A stretch of 31,327 bases of DNA from a virus (lineage: Duplodnaviria > Caudoviricetes), in the IMG/VR virus record IMGVR_UViG_3300044513_002180, positions 1 to 31,327 of that record. One strand, written 5' to 3'. The notes under the pieces were generated by a model. The model did not search any database. It saw nothing but the letters and a program-made list of their open reading frames with translations, and was not told where the DNA came from. A program made the position numbers and the translations under genes. Positions within the stretch are counted from its first letter, which is position 1. Every line of letters starts with the position of its first letter. This document shows, one piece after another, positions 1 to 11,400 of the stretch.

Positions 1-23
1 AAAAGTTCTGTTCAACCCCATAA

Positions 24-28
24 AGGAG
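24..28 (+). promoter_or_regulatory. Shine-Dalgarno site of the 60-aa ORF
   Basis: AGGAG lies 7 nt upstream of the ATG at 36. Confidence 0.75.
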
Positions 29-35
29 AAAACAG

Positions 36-218
36 ATGGCAAATTCACCCGTAGATAAGGGTCGGGACTTTATTGAGTCTGGGATGACTCTAATAACCGA
101 TCCAGCGAGCGACAAGTACCTTAAGCAGGCAAAGTACCAGATTCCCAAAGATCGTCTCTCAAGACCTTGTGGAGGTGCTGGAGGGTTTGACGATTACGTT
201 GAAAGATGGCATGAATGA
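36..218 (+). CDS. Small hypothetical protein (60 aa) upstream of gp25
   Basis: Good RBS and same strand as the module. It ends just before a late promoter. No recognisable domain. Confidence 0.75.
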   Translation: MANSPVDKGRDFIESGMTLITDPASDKYLKQAKYQIPKDRLSRPCGGAGGFDDYVERWHE

Positions 219-220
219 GG

Positions 221-228
221 CATAAATA
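221..228 (+). promoter_or_regulatory. T4-type late (gp55 sigma) promoter
   Basis: CATAAATA in the intergenic gap 18 nt before the gp25 ATG. It matches the T4 TATAAATA / cyanophage NATAAATA consensus. Confidence 0.75.
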
Positions 229-246
229 GTCAATAAAGCTGTCTCT

Positions 247-639
247 ATGCCTGAATTTCAAACATTCAAGGATTTCAATTTCAACTTTAAACCTCATCCC
301 GTAACTGAGGATTTACAAGTTGTAAAAGACGGTGCAGACATCAAACAGTCAATTAAGAGTCTTTTGCTCACTAGAAAGGGCGAGAGACTCTTTAATTCCG
401 ATCTAGGAACACAACTGGGCGATTTATTATTTGAACCATTAGATTTTGGTACAGCAGCGATTATTCGTGATGAGATTTATAGCGTCATTAAAAAGTATGA
501 AGCTAGGATTGATATTATTGATTTGAATGTTGATACTAACTTTGAAGACAATGGTTATGACATTCAACTAGAGTATGTAATTCGTGGTCGAGCAGATTTA
601 CAAACAAACATCGAATTTTTCCTAGAGAGTGCTAGATAA
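247..639 (+). CDS. gp25: Baseplate wedge subunit gp25
   Basis: 130 aa with the motif IKQSIKSLLLTRKGERLFNSDLG...LLFEP...YEARI of the GPW/gp25 family. It sits directly before gp6. Confidence 0.93.
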   Translation: MPEFQTFKDFNFNFKPHPVTEDLQVVKDGADIKQSIKSLLLTRKGERLFNSDLGTQLGDLLFEPLDFGTAAIIRDEIYSVIKKYEARIDIIDLNVDTNFEDNGYDIQLEYVIRGRADLQTNIEFFLESAR

Positions 640-641
640 CC

Positions 642-2447
642 ATGGCATCATACGTACAAGTATCCAATTTAGACTTCCAGCAGATTAAGACTGCTCTCAA
701 GGAATATTTGAGAGCACAATCTGATTTTACATCGTATGATTTTGAAGGATCATCGATGAGTGTCCTACTGGACATTCTTGCTTATAATACTTACTACACG
801 GCATTCAATGCCAACATGGTAGTTAATGAGTTGTTCTTGGATTCTGCAACCCTCAGGGACAACGTTATTGCCCTTGCTAAGCAGTTAGGTTATAGACCCA
901 AGTCAAAGGTTGCTCCAGAGGCACGTGTGACCTTTACAGCGACATATCCAGGTACTGCTCCAGAAGTTGCTGTTCTACAGAAAGGAACAGGATTCACAAC
1001 GGTATTTAATGATACACTTTACTCATATGTAACGATCGAAGATCAGTCAACTCCTGTGGAAAACGGTGTTGCTTACTTTGATGATGTTCCTGTTTATGAA
1101 GGAACCCTGATTACTAGTACATTTGTAGTCAATACTTCACTACCTTCCCAGAGGTTCGTTATTCAGAACCCAGGCGTCGATACCAACTCCGTGAGGGTAA
1201 AAGTATACGAGAGTCAACAATCGACCTTCTATGAGATTTACGACTACGCTGAGAACATTTTAAACATTGACTCCCAATCGAAATCATTTTTCCTTGATGA
1301 AGTTGAAGATGAACGCTACGAACTTTTCTTTGGTGATGGTGTTTTAGGTAAGAAACTTGATAATGGTAATAAGATTGAAGTTACTTACCTTGTAACCAAC
1401 GGACCAGACACCAATGGAGCGAAGAGTTTTACTTTTAATGGTGTTGTTACCGATAAGTTTAGCAATATTGGATATGTCTATAATATTGCTGTCAATTCGG
1501 CAGCTACAGTAGCATCTAATGGTGGTGCTGCTATCGAATCACTATCCAAGATCAAATATAATGCTCCAAAGTACTTCAGCACCCAGGATCGTGCCGTAAC
1601 TGCCACTGATTATGGATCTGTTGTTAGAAAAATTTACCCAGCAATTTCAGACATTATTATTTTTGGTGGAGAAGAAGATGATCCCCCAGAATATGGTAAG
1701 GTAAAAATTGTTATTAAACCAGAGCAAGCAAGTTTCTTATCTTCAACTACGAAGAAGAGTATTGTTGATAAGATGAAGAGATATATGGTTGCTTCTGTGA
1801 TTCCAGAGATTATTGACCCATCAATTTTATACATTGAAGTAACTAGCGGCATCTATTACAACACTTCTACTACTACACAGCAACCAGAGGAAATTAGAAA
1901 CAAAGTTATTTCTGGTGTCAACAAGTACTTGGCACAATCAAATGTGGAAAAGTTTAATGGAAAGTTCAGATATAGTAAGTTTGTATCAACAATTGATAAT
2001 TCTGATCGTTCTATTAACTCGAATAAAACTAGCATCATGATGAGGAAGGATTTCTTCCCACAGATTAATAGCACATCTTATTATGAGCTATGTTTCCAGA
2101 ACGAATTTGACAAAGACTGTGAAGGTCCAACGATGATGTCAACTGGTTTCAAAGTAACCGAATTCCCTTCATACACAGTGTATTTTGAAGATAGGGATGG
2201 CGTAATTGCCCTATATAGATTAGACAGTTTGACTGGTGAAAAAATTACATTAAACGATTCTATTGGAACCGTTGATTATGTCAAAGGCGAAGTTAAATTA
2301 TATGATTTAACTATCATCCAAGGTAGTTTCAATGATAATAGAATTGAACTTCGTGTGAAACCACTATCAAATGACATCAATGCTTCTAGAGAACTCTATC
2401 TAGATGTTGATGTAGCAAAGAGTAAATTCACGGTATACCCAGAGTAA
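642..2447 (+). CDS. gp6: Baseplate wedge subunit gp6
   Basis: 601 aa with gp6/baseplate-J motifs: LDFQQIK...FTSYDFEGS...LLDILAYNTYY...ELFLDSATLRDNV...LGYRP, FFGDGVLGK, QDRAVTATDY and PPEYGKVKI. Confidence 0.93.
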   Translation: MASYVQVSNLDFQQIKTALKEYLRAQSDFTSYDFEGSSMSVLLDILAYNTYYTAFNANMVVNELFLDSATLRDNVIALAKQLGYRPKSKVAPEARVTFTATYPGTAPEVAVLQKGTGFTTVFNDTLYSYVTIEDQSTPVENGVAYFDDVPVYEGTLITSTFVVNTSLPSQRFVIQNPGVDTNSVRVKVYESQQSTFYEIYDYAENILNIDSQSKSFFLDEVEDERYELFFGDGVLGKKLDNGNKIEVTYLVTNGPDTNGAKSFTFNGVVTDKFSNIGYVYNIAVNSAATVASNGGAAIESLSKIKYNAPKYFSTQDRAVTATDYGSVVRKIYPAISDIIIFGGEEDDPPEYGKVKIVIKPEQASFLSSTTKKSIVDKMKRYMVASVIPEIIDPSILYIEVTSGIYYNTSTTTQQPEEIRNKVISGVNKYLAQSNVEKFNGKFRYSKFVSTIDNSDRSINSNKTSIMMRKDFFPQINSTSYYELCFQNEFDKDCEGPTMMSTGFKVTEFPSYTVYFEDRDGVIALYRLDSLTGEKITLNDSIGTVDYVKGEVKLYDLTIIQGSFNDNRIELRVKPLSNDINASRELYLDVDVAKSKFTVYPE

Positions 2448-2453
2448 GATTAG

Positions 2454-5400
2454 ATGGCTCCTAAGAAGAGAAGGTTATCGTCCCTGATTGAGTCTCAACT
2501 CCCAGGGTTTATCCAATACGAGTATGAAAATTTCTCTAAGTTCGTAGAAAAATACTACGAGCAGCAGGAGTCTTTTGGTCAACCATTAGATATCATCTCT
2601 AACTTAAACAAGTATAGAGACATCAATTTTTATGAGAAGAATCTTCTTAATCAACAATCTACTTTAGCATCTTCTATTACCGCTGATGCCACTACACTAA
2701 CCGTTGTAGATGGATCATCTTTTCCAGAAGAGAATGGTTATATTCAAATCGGTGATGAAATTCTATTCTATCAAGATAGAAATGGAAATGTATTAGAAAG
2801 TGTCTCTAGAGGTGTTAGTGGCAACACAACATTGGGAGATCTTTATACCAAGAGCGAATTTGTTACAACAGCAGCTGCTCCTCACTACCAAGGAGATGTT
2901 GTAAGAAATATCAGCAATTTATTTTTATATGCTCTCGTTAAAGAGTTTGAAAAGACTTATTTGGCAGAATTTCCAGAAGCATATCTAAAGGAAGATGTCG
3001 ATAAAAGGTCATTAATCAAAAATATCACATCTTTTTATAAAGCAAAAGGTACAGACAAGTCAATTAAGTTCTTGTTTAATGCCATTATTACTGACGACCC
3101 AACAAATGTCCCAGAAGTTCTAAACCCAAAAGACTTCACTTTAAAAGCATCAGTTTCTGATTGGACTAAGAATTACTCATTAAAAGTAAAATTAAATAGT
3201 GGAGATATTTTCGATTTAATTGGTCAAAGGATTACTCAGGAAATTGATGGGTATGATACAGCAATTCAGTTTGCTTCTGCTGTTGTAGATAACGTCATTT
3301 CTATCGGTAGCGATGGTCAGGAAGATCTATACGAAGTAATTTTAGAACCAACTACCATTAACGGCGCATTTGAAGTTTCTGGAAGAACGACCACTACAGT
3401 GCTTCTTCCTGCTAGCTCTGGTAGTAATGATAGGATTACGGTTAAATCCACAATGGGATTCCCAAGGACAGGAAAACTTCTTGTTGGCGATGAAGTAATT
3501 ACATATAAAGATAAAACCGTAAACCAGTTTATTATTGATAATAGAATTGGTCCTATTAGAAATCATAATGTTGGTAAAACTGTATATCGATACTCGACTA
3601 TTGTTGGTGGTAGTGTAAAAATCACTACGCTTGGTATTCTATACAATTTACTGCCTTCACATTCTGCTCCTTACTCAAAATCAGGAGAATCTGTTGAGAT
3701 TGGAGACGCTGGATTCGAAACTCTAAGTCCTATTGTCTATGACAAAACTATTGGTAGAAATCGCTGGTTAATTAATACTGACCCAACCTCAAATTACAAT
3801 ACAGTCAAAGGAGTAGCTCAACCATTTGCTTCTGATGTTGGAGCTGTATTTGAAGATGACCAGTATTTCTATGTTTGTTCTTCTTCATACCCATCTCAGA
3901 ACATTTTAGTAGATACTCAATATAGTAACACTCTTTCTGATCAAAAATCCCTAAAATTAATTCGTAAGCAACCAATTGTTACTACAGAAGTCTACGAAAC
4001 CTCTAGCAGAGATGTTGGTGTGTTCATTGATGGTGTACCTGCTCTAGGATATAAGTCGGATGAGTTTGTTAAGTTTGGTGCTATTGAATCTGTAGAGATT
4101 ACAAGTAAAGGATTCTCATATGTCAACCCACCATATGTTCTTGTAAATGAACAACCAAATAAAGCAAGATGTACCTTAAATGGATCCACTGTTGGTGAGA
4201 TTGAAATTCTTACCACAGAAAATTTTGATGAGGATCCTACAATTAGAATCACTTCTGGTGAGCAAGCAGTATTAGAACCTGTTATTACTGCTGGTGCTAT
4301 TACTAGTATGAATATCATCAATGCTGGTCGTTATTATTCTTCCCCACCTGTTATTCGTATTGTTGATACTTTAGGAAAAGGAAATTTTGCCGAGTTTGAA
4401 GCAATTCTCAATAGTGATGGAAGTATTGGAGAAGTTCGTAAAATTAGCACTGGTAGGTTCTACACTAGAGGATACACCACAGTTTCGGTAGAGCCTGTTG
4501 GTAAGAACGCTAGTGCTACTGCCAGCATCAAAAAATGGGTATTCAATCGTTACGAGCAATTAAAAAATAATTTAGACCAAGATAACGGCACAGTTTTTAT
4601 CAACTACAGTCCACTAAGAGGTTATGGATATGCTTATCTCGCCAATCCAAGAAGATTAAGAGCAAGAGCATATTCTTCACAAAATGCTTTTAACAACAAC
4701 TTAAATTTACAAAACACACACTCTCCTATTCTTGGATATGCTTATGATGGCAATCCGATTTATGGTCCTTATGGATATTCAAATCCAGTAGACTCAACTT
4801 CATCAATCCAACGTTTGTCGTCTGGATATGTTATTAGAGGATCTAGACCAAATGGTCCTGATACTGGAAAATATCCTCTAGGATCTTTTATTGATGACTA
4901 TCGTTGGGTTCCTAGTGTAAATTCTGGTAAGACAGAACTAGATCAAAACAATGGTAGATTTTGTGTAACTCCAGATTATCCAAATGGAACGTATGCTTAC
5001 TTCATTAGCGTAGATGCTAGCGACAATCCTGTTTTCCCATATATTCTAGGAAACAATTTTTATTCCCTACCAGTAGATTCTAACTACAATTCGAATATCT
5101 CACAAGATGATATTCCAGTCGGACTCAAATCTCTTAGATCAGATCTTTCCGAAAGAAATGGTTCTCAATTTGCTGCTTTGATTCAGGATGTAAAATCTGG
5201 TAATGTAACATCGGGATACGTAGAAAGTTCATTAGATAATTTCTCTCCTGGTAACAACGTATATCTTAATAATACAGCAACTAGTGGAAAAGATGCTGTT
5301 GTAAGAGTAGATCAGGTTACAGGACAAACAGTTACTTCAATTGAGTCTACTCAAACAAAAGCTTCTCAGATTAAAGTACAAGAAAGTGCTTATCTATTCG

Positions 5401-8400
5401 AAGGCGACCAAATTTCTCAGACGGGCGAAGACGGCACAATATTTGCTACTGGATTACTGATTGGCGATGTATTCAATGCTGGAGAAATGGTTCTGAGAGA
5501 TGTTACAGGGACATTTAATACCACCAATCCAATTGACTCCGAGACTTTGGTTGTAACATTAGTCTTAGATTCGGATGCTAATTTTACTGCTGGAGCTACA
5601 CTCAGATTAACGAATGACGACAACGAAGATCAATCTACAGGAACTATCTTAGAAACCACTTCTAGACAAAATTCTGTTAAAGTTAGGGTCACTAATGCTA
5701 ATAATAACTTCTTTGTAACTAGCGAATATTACTTGAGAAGTTCAAATCTTAGTGATAGTAACCGAGTAGAAATTGTTTCTGTTACTTCATTGAGTACAAA
5801 TTTGACTCCGTTTTTTGTTGATGAGAATATTGCTATTGTCGCCACCAACGAAAACCATAACCTTGGAAAAGGTGATCAAGTAACGGTTGATATTATTCCC
5901 GACGATTCTCTTACTAACACAACGTATTATGTAAGAAAACGTTTATATCAAACTGCTACAGCTTTACAACCAACACATACTTCACAAATTGTAGATGAGG
6001 GTATCGGTAGTTTCGATATTCTCAACAGTGGATTTGGATATACAACCGATCTTTACGAAGATGTCGAGTTAATTTTCCGTGATTCTAGTCTAGCAAGAAC
6101 TAATATTGGTCTTCCAGGAGATTCTGGAAACGCTAGAGCGACCATCGATGTTTCTAATCCACAAGGATTAGGTGCTGGTGGCGTAGCATCTATTATCATT
6201 ACTACAAAAGGAAAAGGATATAAGAGGGGTGATATTCTCACTGTTGCCGATTCAGATCTAGCCAGATCTGTAACTGAAGAGTCTCCCCAACGATTGGTAT
6301 TTGAAGTAGATCATGTTGGATTTGCTTATAATAATACTACCCTGAAATTAACCAATGTCAACAATGTTTCTCAAGAAGACTTTTTACAAATCGGACCAGA
6401 AATTGTAAAAGTAACTGGAGTTGACACTACTACAAATGAAATTACTGTAGAAAGAGGTCAGCAGGGCACTGTTCCTACAAATCATTATAATAATGGTACT
6501 GTAACTTTAAAAGATGGTTTTTACAGATTTAGTGAAAACTTCCGTCCATTTGGAGAAGATATTGTTAAACCATATCTAATTCAATACAATCCAGAAACTC
6601 AAGTTATCGACGTTTCTTATGATTATAATGCCAATCAACCCCAGGTATTATCTTCTAGCTCTTCATTCTTTGATAGCAGTATTCCACAAAAACTAGTTCA
6701 ATTTAGAACTGTAGAAGATGAGGCATTCAAACTAGAATTCTCTAGTGATAATGTTAATTTCTCGATCAATCCAGTTATTGATATACAAAAATATTACAAG
6801 TATACTTTTGATGTCAGTCACTTCTCCATGGGTGATACTTATCTAGATTTTTCATCTAGTTCCAATTACAATATTTTTACAGAAGAAAAAGAAACTAGTG
6901 GTATTGCTCCAGGAAATGCTGGATCATTTGTTAGTATCAAATTAGGATTTGGACCTGCTATTTCTACAAACACGTATCAAGAAAGAAGAGCAATCAATTT
7001 CCAAAATTATTTTTACTTCATCAAAGTTTCTCCAAATGTTGACACTGGTGGTTCATATTTGAGAATTATTGATGATCCTTTAACAGGACTGAAGAACGTT
7101 ATCTACAACACTGATACTAGATTTGTCTACGGACTAAATCAGACACCATCTTATGATGGTACTGGTACTATGTCTTATATTACCAATTCTAGATTAGCAA
7201 TTGGCAATATTCACTCCGTTAAGGTAGTTAATACTGGAGAAGGATATTTAGAAATCCCAACAGTATATGGTGTATTACCAACAGAAAGTAACGAAGCTTT
7301 TGTCGATCCTATTTGGGATCCTGTCGAACAAGTTGTTACTGGTTTTGAAATTATCGATCAAGGTGATAACTACTCAAAACCAATTATTATTCTTACTGAT
7401 ACGGATGGAATTAGATATGAGTATGAATGTACTCAATATCAAGGAAAACTATCACAGGTTAAAGTTGTAAAGAAAGGAAGTGGATTCACATACAAACCAA
7501 CAGCAAAAATTATTGAGTCTGATGTAAAAATTTATCTAGAATCTAACAATATTGGTCTTCCACAAAATGTTAAAATTAATAATCCTGGTAGAGGATTCAA
7601 TGCTGATAGGTCTCAACTAGGATCTTATAGATCGCCAACCACATTAATTCTCAGAAATATTTCTGATCGTTTCTTCTTTGGTGAGAGTATTACTCAACCA
7701 TCTACTGGAGCTAGTGCTGTTGTTGCTCTCAATGGTTATAGAGAAGGTAGCAACTTACTTAAAGTTATTAATGTAACAGGTACATTTGAATCAGGTTCTG
7801 AGATTAAATCGGTTTTAGGTAATAGAACTGCTACACTATATTCTCAGTTATATACAGAATTTGATGTTGATTTAAGATCTTACGTAGATAATTTTGGATT
7901 CTTTACTTCTGATAGAGGAAAATTAAGTAATGCCAATCAGCGTTTACAGGATTCATATTTCTACCAAGATTATTCTTATGTAATTAGATCAAAGTCTTCA
8001 ATTGAAGAGTGGAGAGACTTAATCAAAAAGACTACCCACCCAGCTGGATTCCAGTTGTTTGGTGAAATGGTTATTGAGAGTGAAGCAGAGGCACCGATGC
8101 CTACTCAGCAACCATCATTCAATTATGTAAGTACAATTGAGTTGCCACCTGTTCAAGTTACTTCACTTTCTTCTACAAAAGTTATCACAGTCATTCAACA
8201 GAAGTTGGAATCTATTTTTGTTGAAGAGGGTCGTGGATCTATTTCTATCGATACTTTCGACGCTTCAGAAACTCAAACTTATAATGTTTCATTATCTCCA
8301 GCATTTGACGGAAGATTCGACTCTTCCACTGGTCAGTTAGTTGGAAATACTGTATTTACTCTTATTGATAAGAGAACTAATAATGCTTTATCTCTCACAA

Positions 8401-11400
8401 AAAATGAACAATTAATTGCCACGTTAGATGGTATTTTCCAGGAACCAGGAGTGTCTTATACAATTTCTGGTACTACAATTACATTTGCTCAACCACCTCT
8501 AGGTCAAAGAACAATAGAGGGTCAGCTAGTAGATTCTGTCAAGTTTTATGGTAGAGCAATTAAATTTAAGACTTCTGATCTCAATGACAGATACTTCAGG
8601 AAAGTCAAATCTATTGCTGATCAGTTTGATGGAGTTAAAACCGATTTTGAACTTTATTGGGAAGATGGGTCTATTGTTAAGACTGAAGTTACTGAGAATC
8701 TAATTGTTGCTCTAAACGGTGTCGTTCAAAAAGCAAGGATTACGGAGACACAACCATTTGGTAATTCGTATTCTATCATTAGATCTGAGGATGAAACACA
8801 GGCTGATATTATTAGATTTACCAAACCACCTATTGACAACGAAGATCTTTATGGTCCACCCGAAGAATTGCCAGAAATTCTAAAAAATTACGAAAAATGT
8901 TTTATCTATACCGTTGGTAGTTATGAAAGACTGACAATTAATTCTCAATTATATGAGTACAGATTTGGCGGTCCATACCTTATCCAAGATGAAGTAACTA
9001 GTGCTGTAAGAAAAATTGATAACCCAAGATATGCTTTGGTATTCATTGATGGTGTTTTACAAAGAGACACCGAGTCTTATACTATTGTAGGACCTAATAT
9101 CACCTTCACAAAACCATTGGGTGTTTCAACAACCCCAGCGGGCGACAGAGTAACTCAAGATGTTAACATTATCTTGATGTATGGTAGAGACGTTGCCAAA
9201 ACATTAACATTCTACGATTTTGAACCATTTGCTTATAATAATACTTTATATGTAACAGTATCTGGAACTGGTATTTCGGATAGTATAAAAGCACAATTTG
9301 ATACTTTTGTTGCTGAAAATTGGCATCTTAAACAAGGTAATACTGTAATTGGTAAAGTACAAAACGTAAACAAAGTTAGTGATGATGAAGCTATTTTGAC
9401 AATCAAGTCTCCAGTCAATGTAACTGTTGATGAGAATACTCCTTTTGATATTTGTTTAGCAAATGATGGTTATTCAACTTATGCTGTTACTGGAACATAT
9501 ACTTTATCGACTGTATATAAAACTGATGACGAAGGATTAAGACTTTTAGAAAAAGATGTTCCTTCTTGGTTGTATGGAGTTGAAGGTGGTAATCAGGCAT
9601 GGAATAATAGAAATTCTATGTTTGCCAATCTACTACCTGGAGATAAGATTCTTATTGATGGGGAAAGTGAGTATCGTGAGATTCTAAGAACTCCTGATCA
9701 AGTTTACACCAAATCATATAATGACCAGTATTATGTTCAAAACGAGCACTATGCTAAAGTTCAGGCAACTAATTATGAAGGAGACACAGAAGGTGTAGGA
9801 TTAAGTGTTACAGCTAATGTCAATCAATTTGGTGCTATTACCACATTAAATGTATCTGATGTCGAATTTAACCAGAGAGATTTAAATCTTTTCTTTGATG
9901 AAGGTATTCTTTTACAACCAACTGCTTATGAATACTTCACTACTCCAGAAGTTCACTTCATTCCTGTAGATGGCAATGGCGGTGGAGCTAAGGCAGAAGT
10001 TATCGCTTATGGCGGTCAAATTCTTGATGTTGTTCTAACAGATGGTGGTAGTGGATATACTCAACCACCACAGATAGTAGTAGCAAGAAGATATAAGAGA
10101 ATTAAAGAACTCAATCGTAAGATCGATACCCTAATTGAATTGAGAGTTCAGTCAGGAATTGATTCGGTCTTCAGTATGATTGGTAATACTGAGATTAGAA
10201 TTGAAGGCGGTCCATTCAGTCCTCAAGCAATTACTACTATTGCTACTTTTGGTGGATTTGATCCAGAACTCAACACTGATAGAGATATTACTAATACTAT
10301 TGCTACTTTGTTTGGCGAAGAGCGTCAAGTCAGAATGACTGACGAGAAATTTATCACAGAAGCAAGAGTTCAGTCTCCAACTGTTATTTTAGAAAATGCT
10401 TTCGAACTGGATACTGATAGGGTTCTCACCCAAGTTATTGGTGGTGTTGTTGGATTTGAATCTGTTGTTAGTTTACAAACTCCACAGAGAGAACTTACTA
10501 AGATTGTTCAGATCAAGGCAAACAAAGCTTTCTATCAAGACAGAAGAGATTCTCTCAATGGTATTGGAACATTCTTGGATGCTCCACTCAGTACAACAGA
10601 TACAATTGCTTATGTTCCTAATACTTCTAGGTTCCCAGATACTCCAAGTAGATTACGTATTGGTAGAGAGATTATCTACTACAACCAAAAAGAAGAGGAT
10701 CGCTTCCTCAATCTAGTTAGAGCATATCAAGGAAGTCCTCTAGAATCTCACCAAGCGGGAGATCTGGTATTACATTATCCAGAATTTGTCACCCTACTGT
10801 CTGGTGGTGTTAATACTATTATTAGTGAAGTCAGTGTTGCTCAGTCTTCTGTAACCCCAATTGAAAAGACTGCTCAAATTCAATCTATCAGCGAAGTCAT
10901 TGATATTTTACCAAATACCAATGAAATTACACAAGTTATTGATCTTGAGGAAAAAGTTGATACGGTTGATGTAGTACATCAACAGATTACTATTATCCCA
11001 CCAACTTCTTACAATATTGTAACTGAAACACATTCTACTCAGTCTAGAGTTTCTAAAGCATCTGCTGGTTTGTCTGATGTGTTTGGTTTAGTGGGTGAAG
11101 TTCAGTCAGTTGCTCCCGAAACCACGATCCTTCAGTTAACACAACAACAACAAATTAAATTAGAAAATCAGTCGGTAATCACTAGTATTAGCATTGGTAA
11201 TATTGCTGCCACAGCAACTTCAACATCTCAAGTTGTTACTACTTCCTACAACAAGACTATTGTAACTAATCAAATTAATGTAGAGGTTCTCAATACTCTA
11301 TCAACAATTACGGCTAATATTATCGAGAATGCTCATACCAGAATTGATACTTTATCTTCCAATATTGTAACGTTTACCAACTTAAATCTTTCTAGGACTG

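Noticed and set aside
1-23. Possible 3' end of an upstream gene (TAA at 21-23)
   Set aside because: Too short to establish a frame or product.
6765-7025. Cupredoxin-like segment in gp7 (NPVIDIQKYYKYTFDVSHFSM...YFYF)
   Set aside because: The scaffold resemblance is weak and the Cys/His/Met ligand loop is absent, so no metal site is supported.
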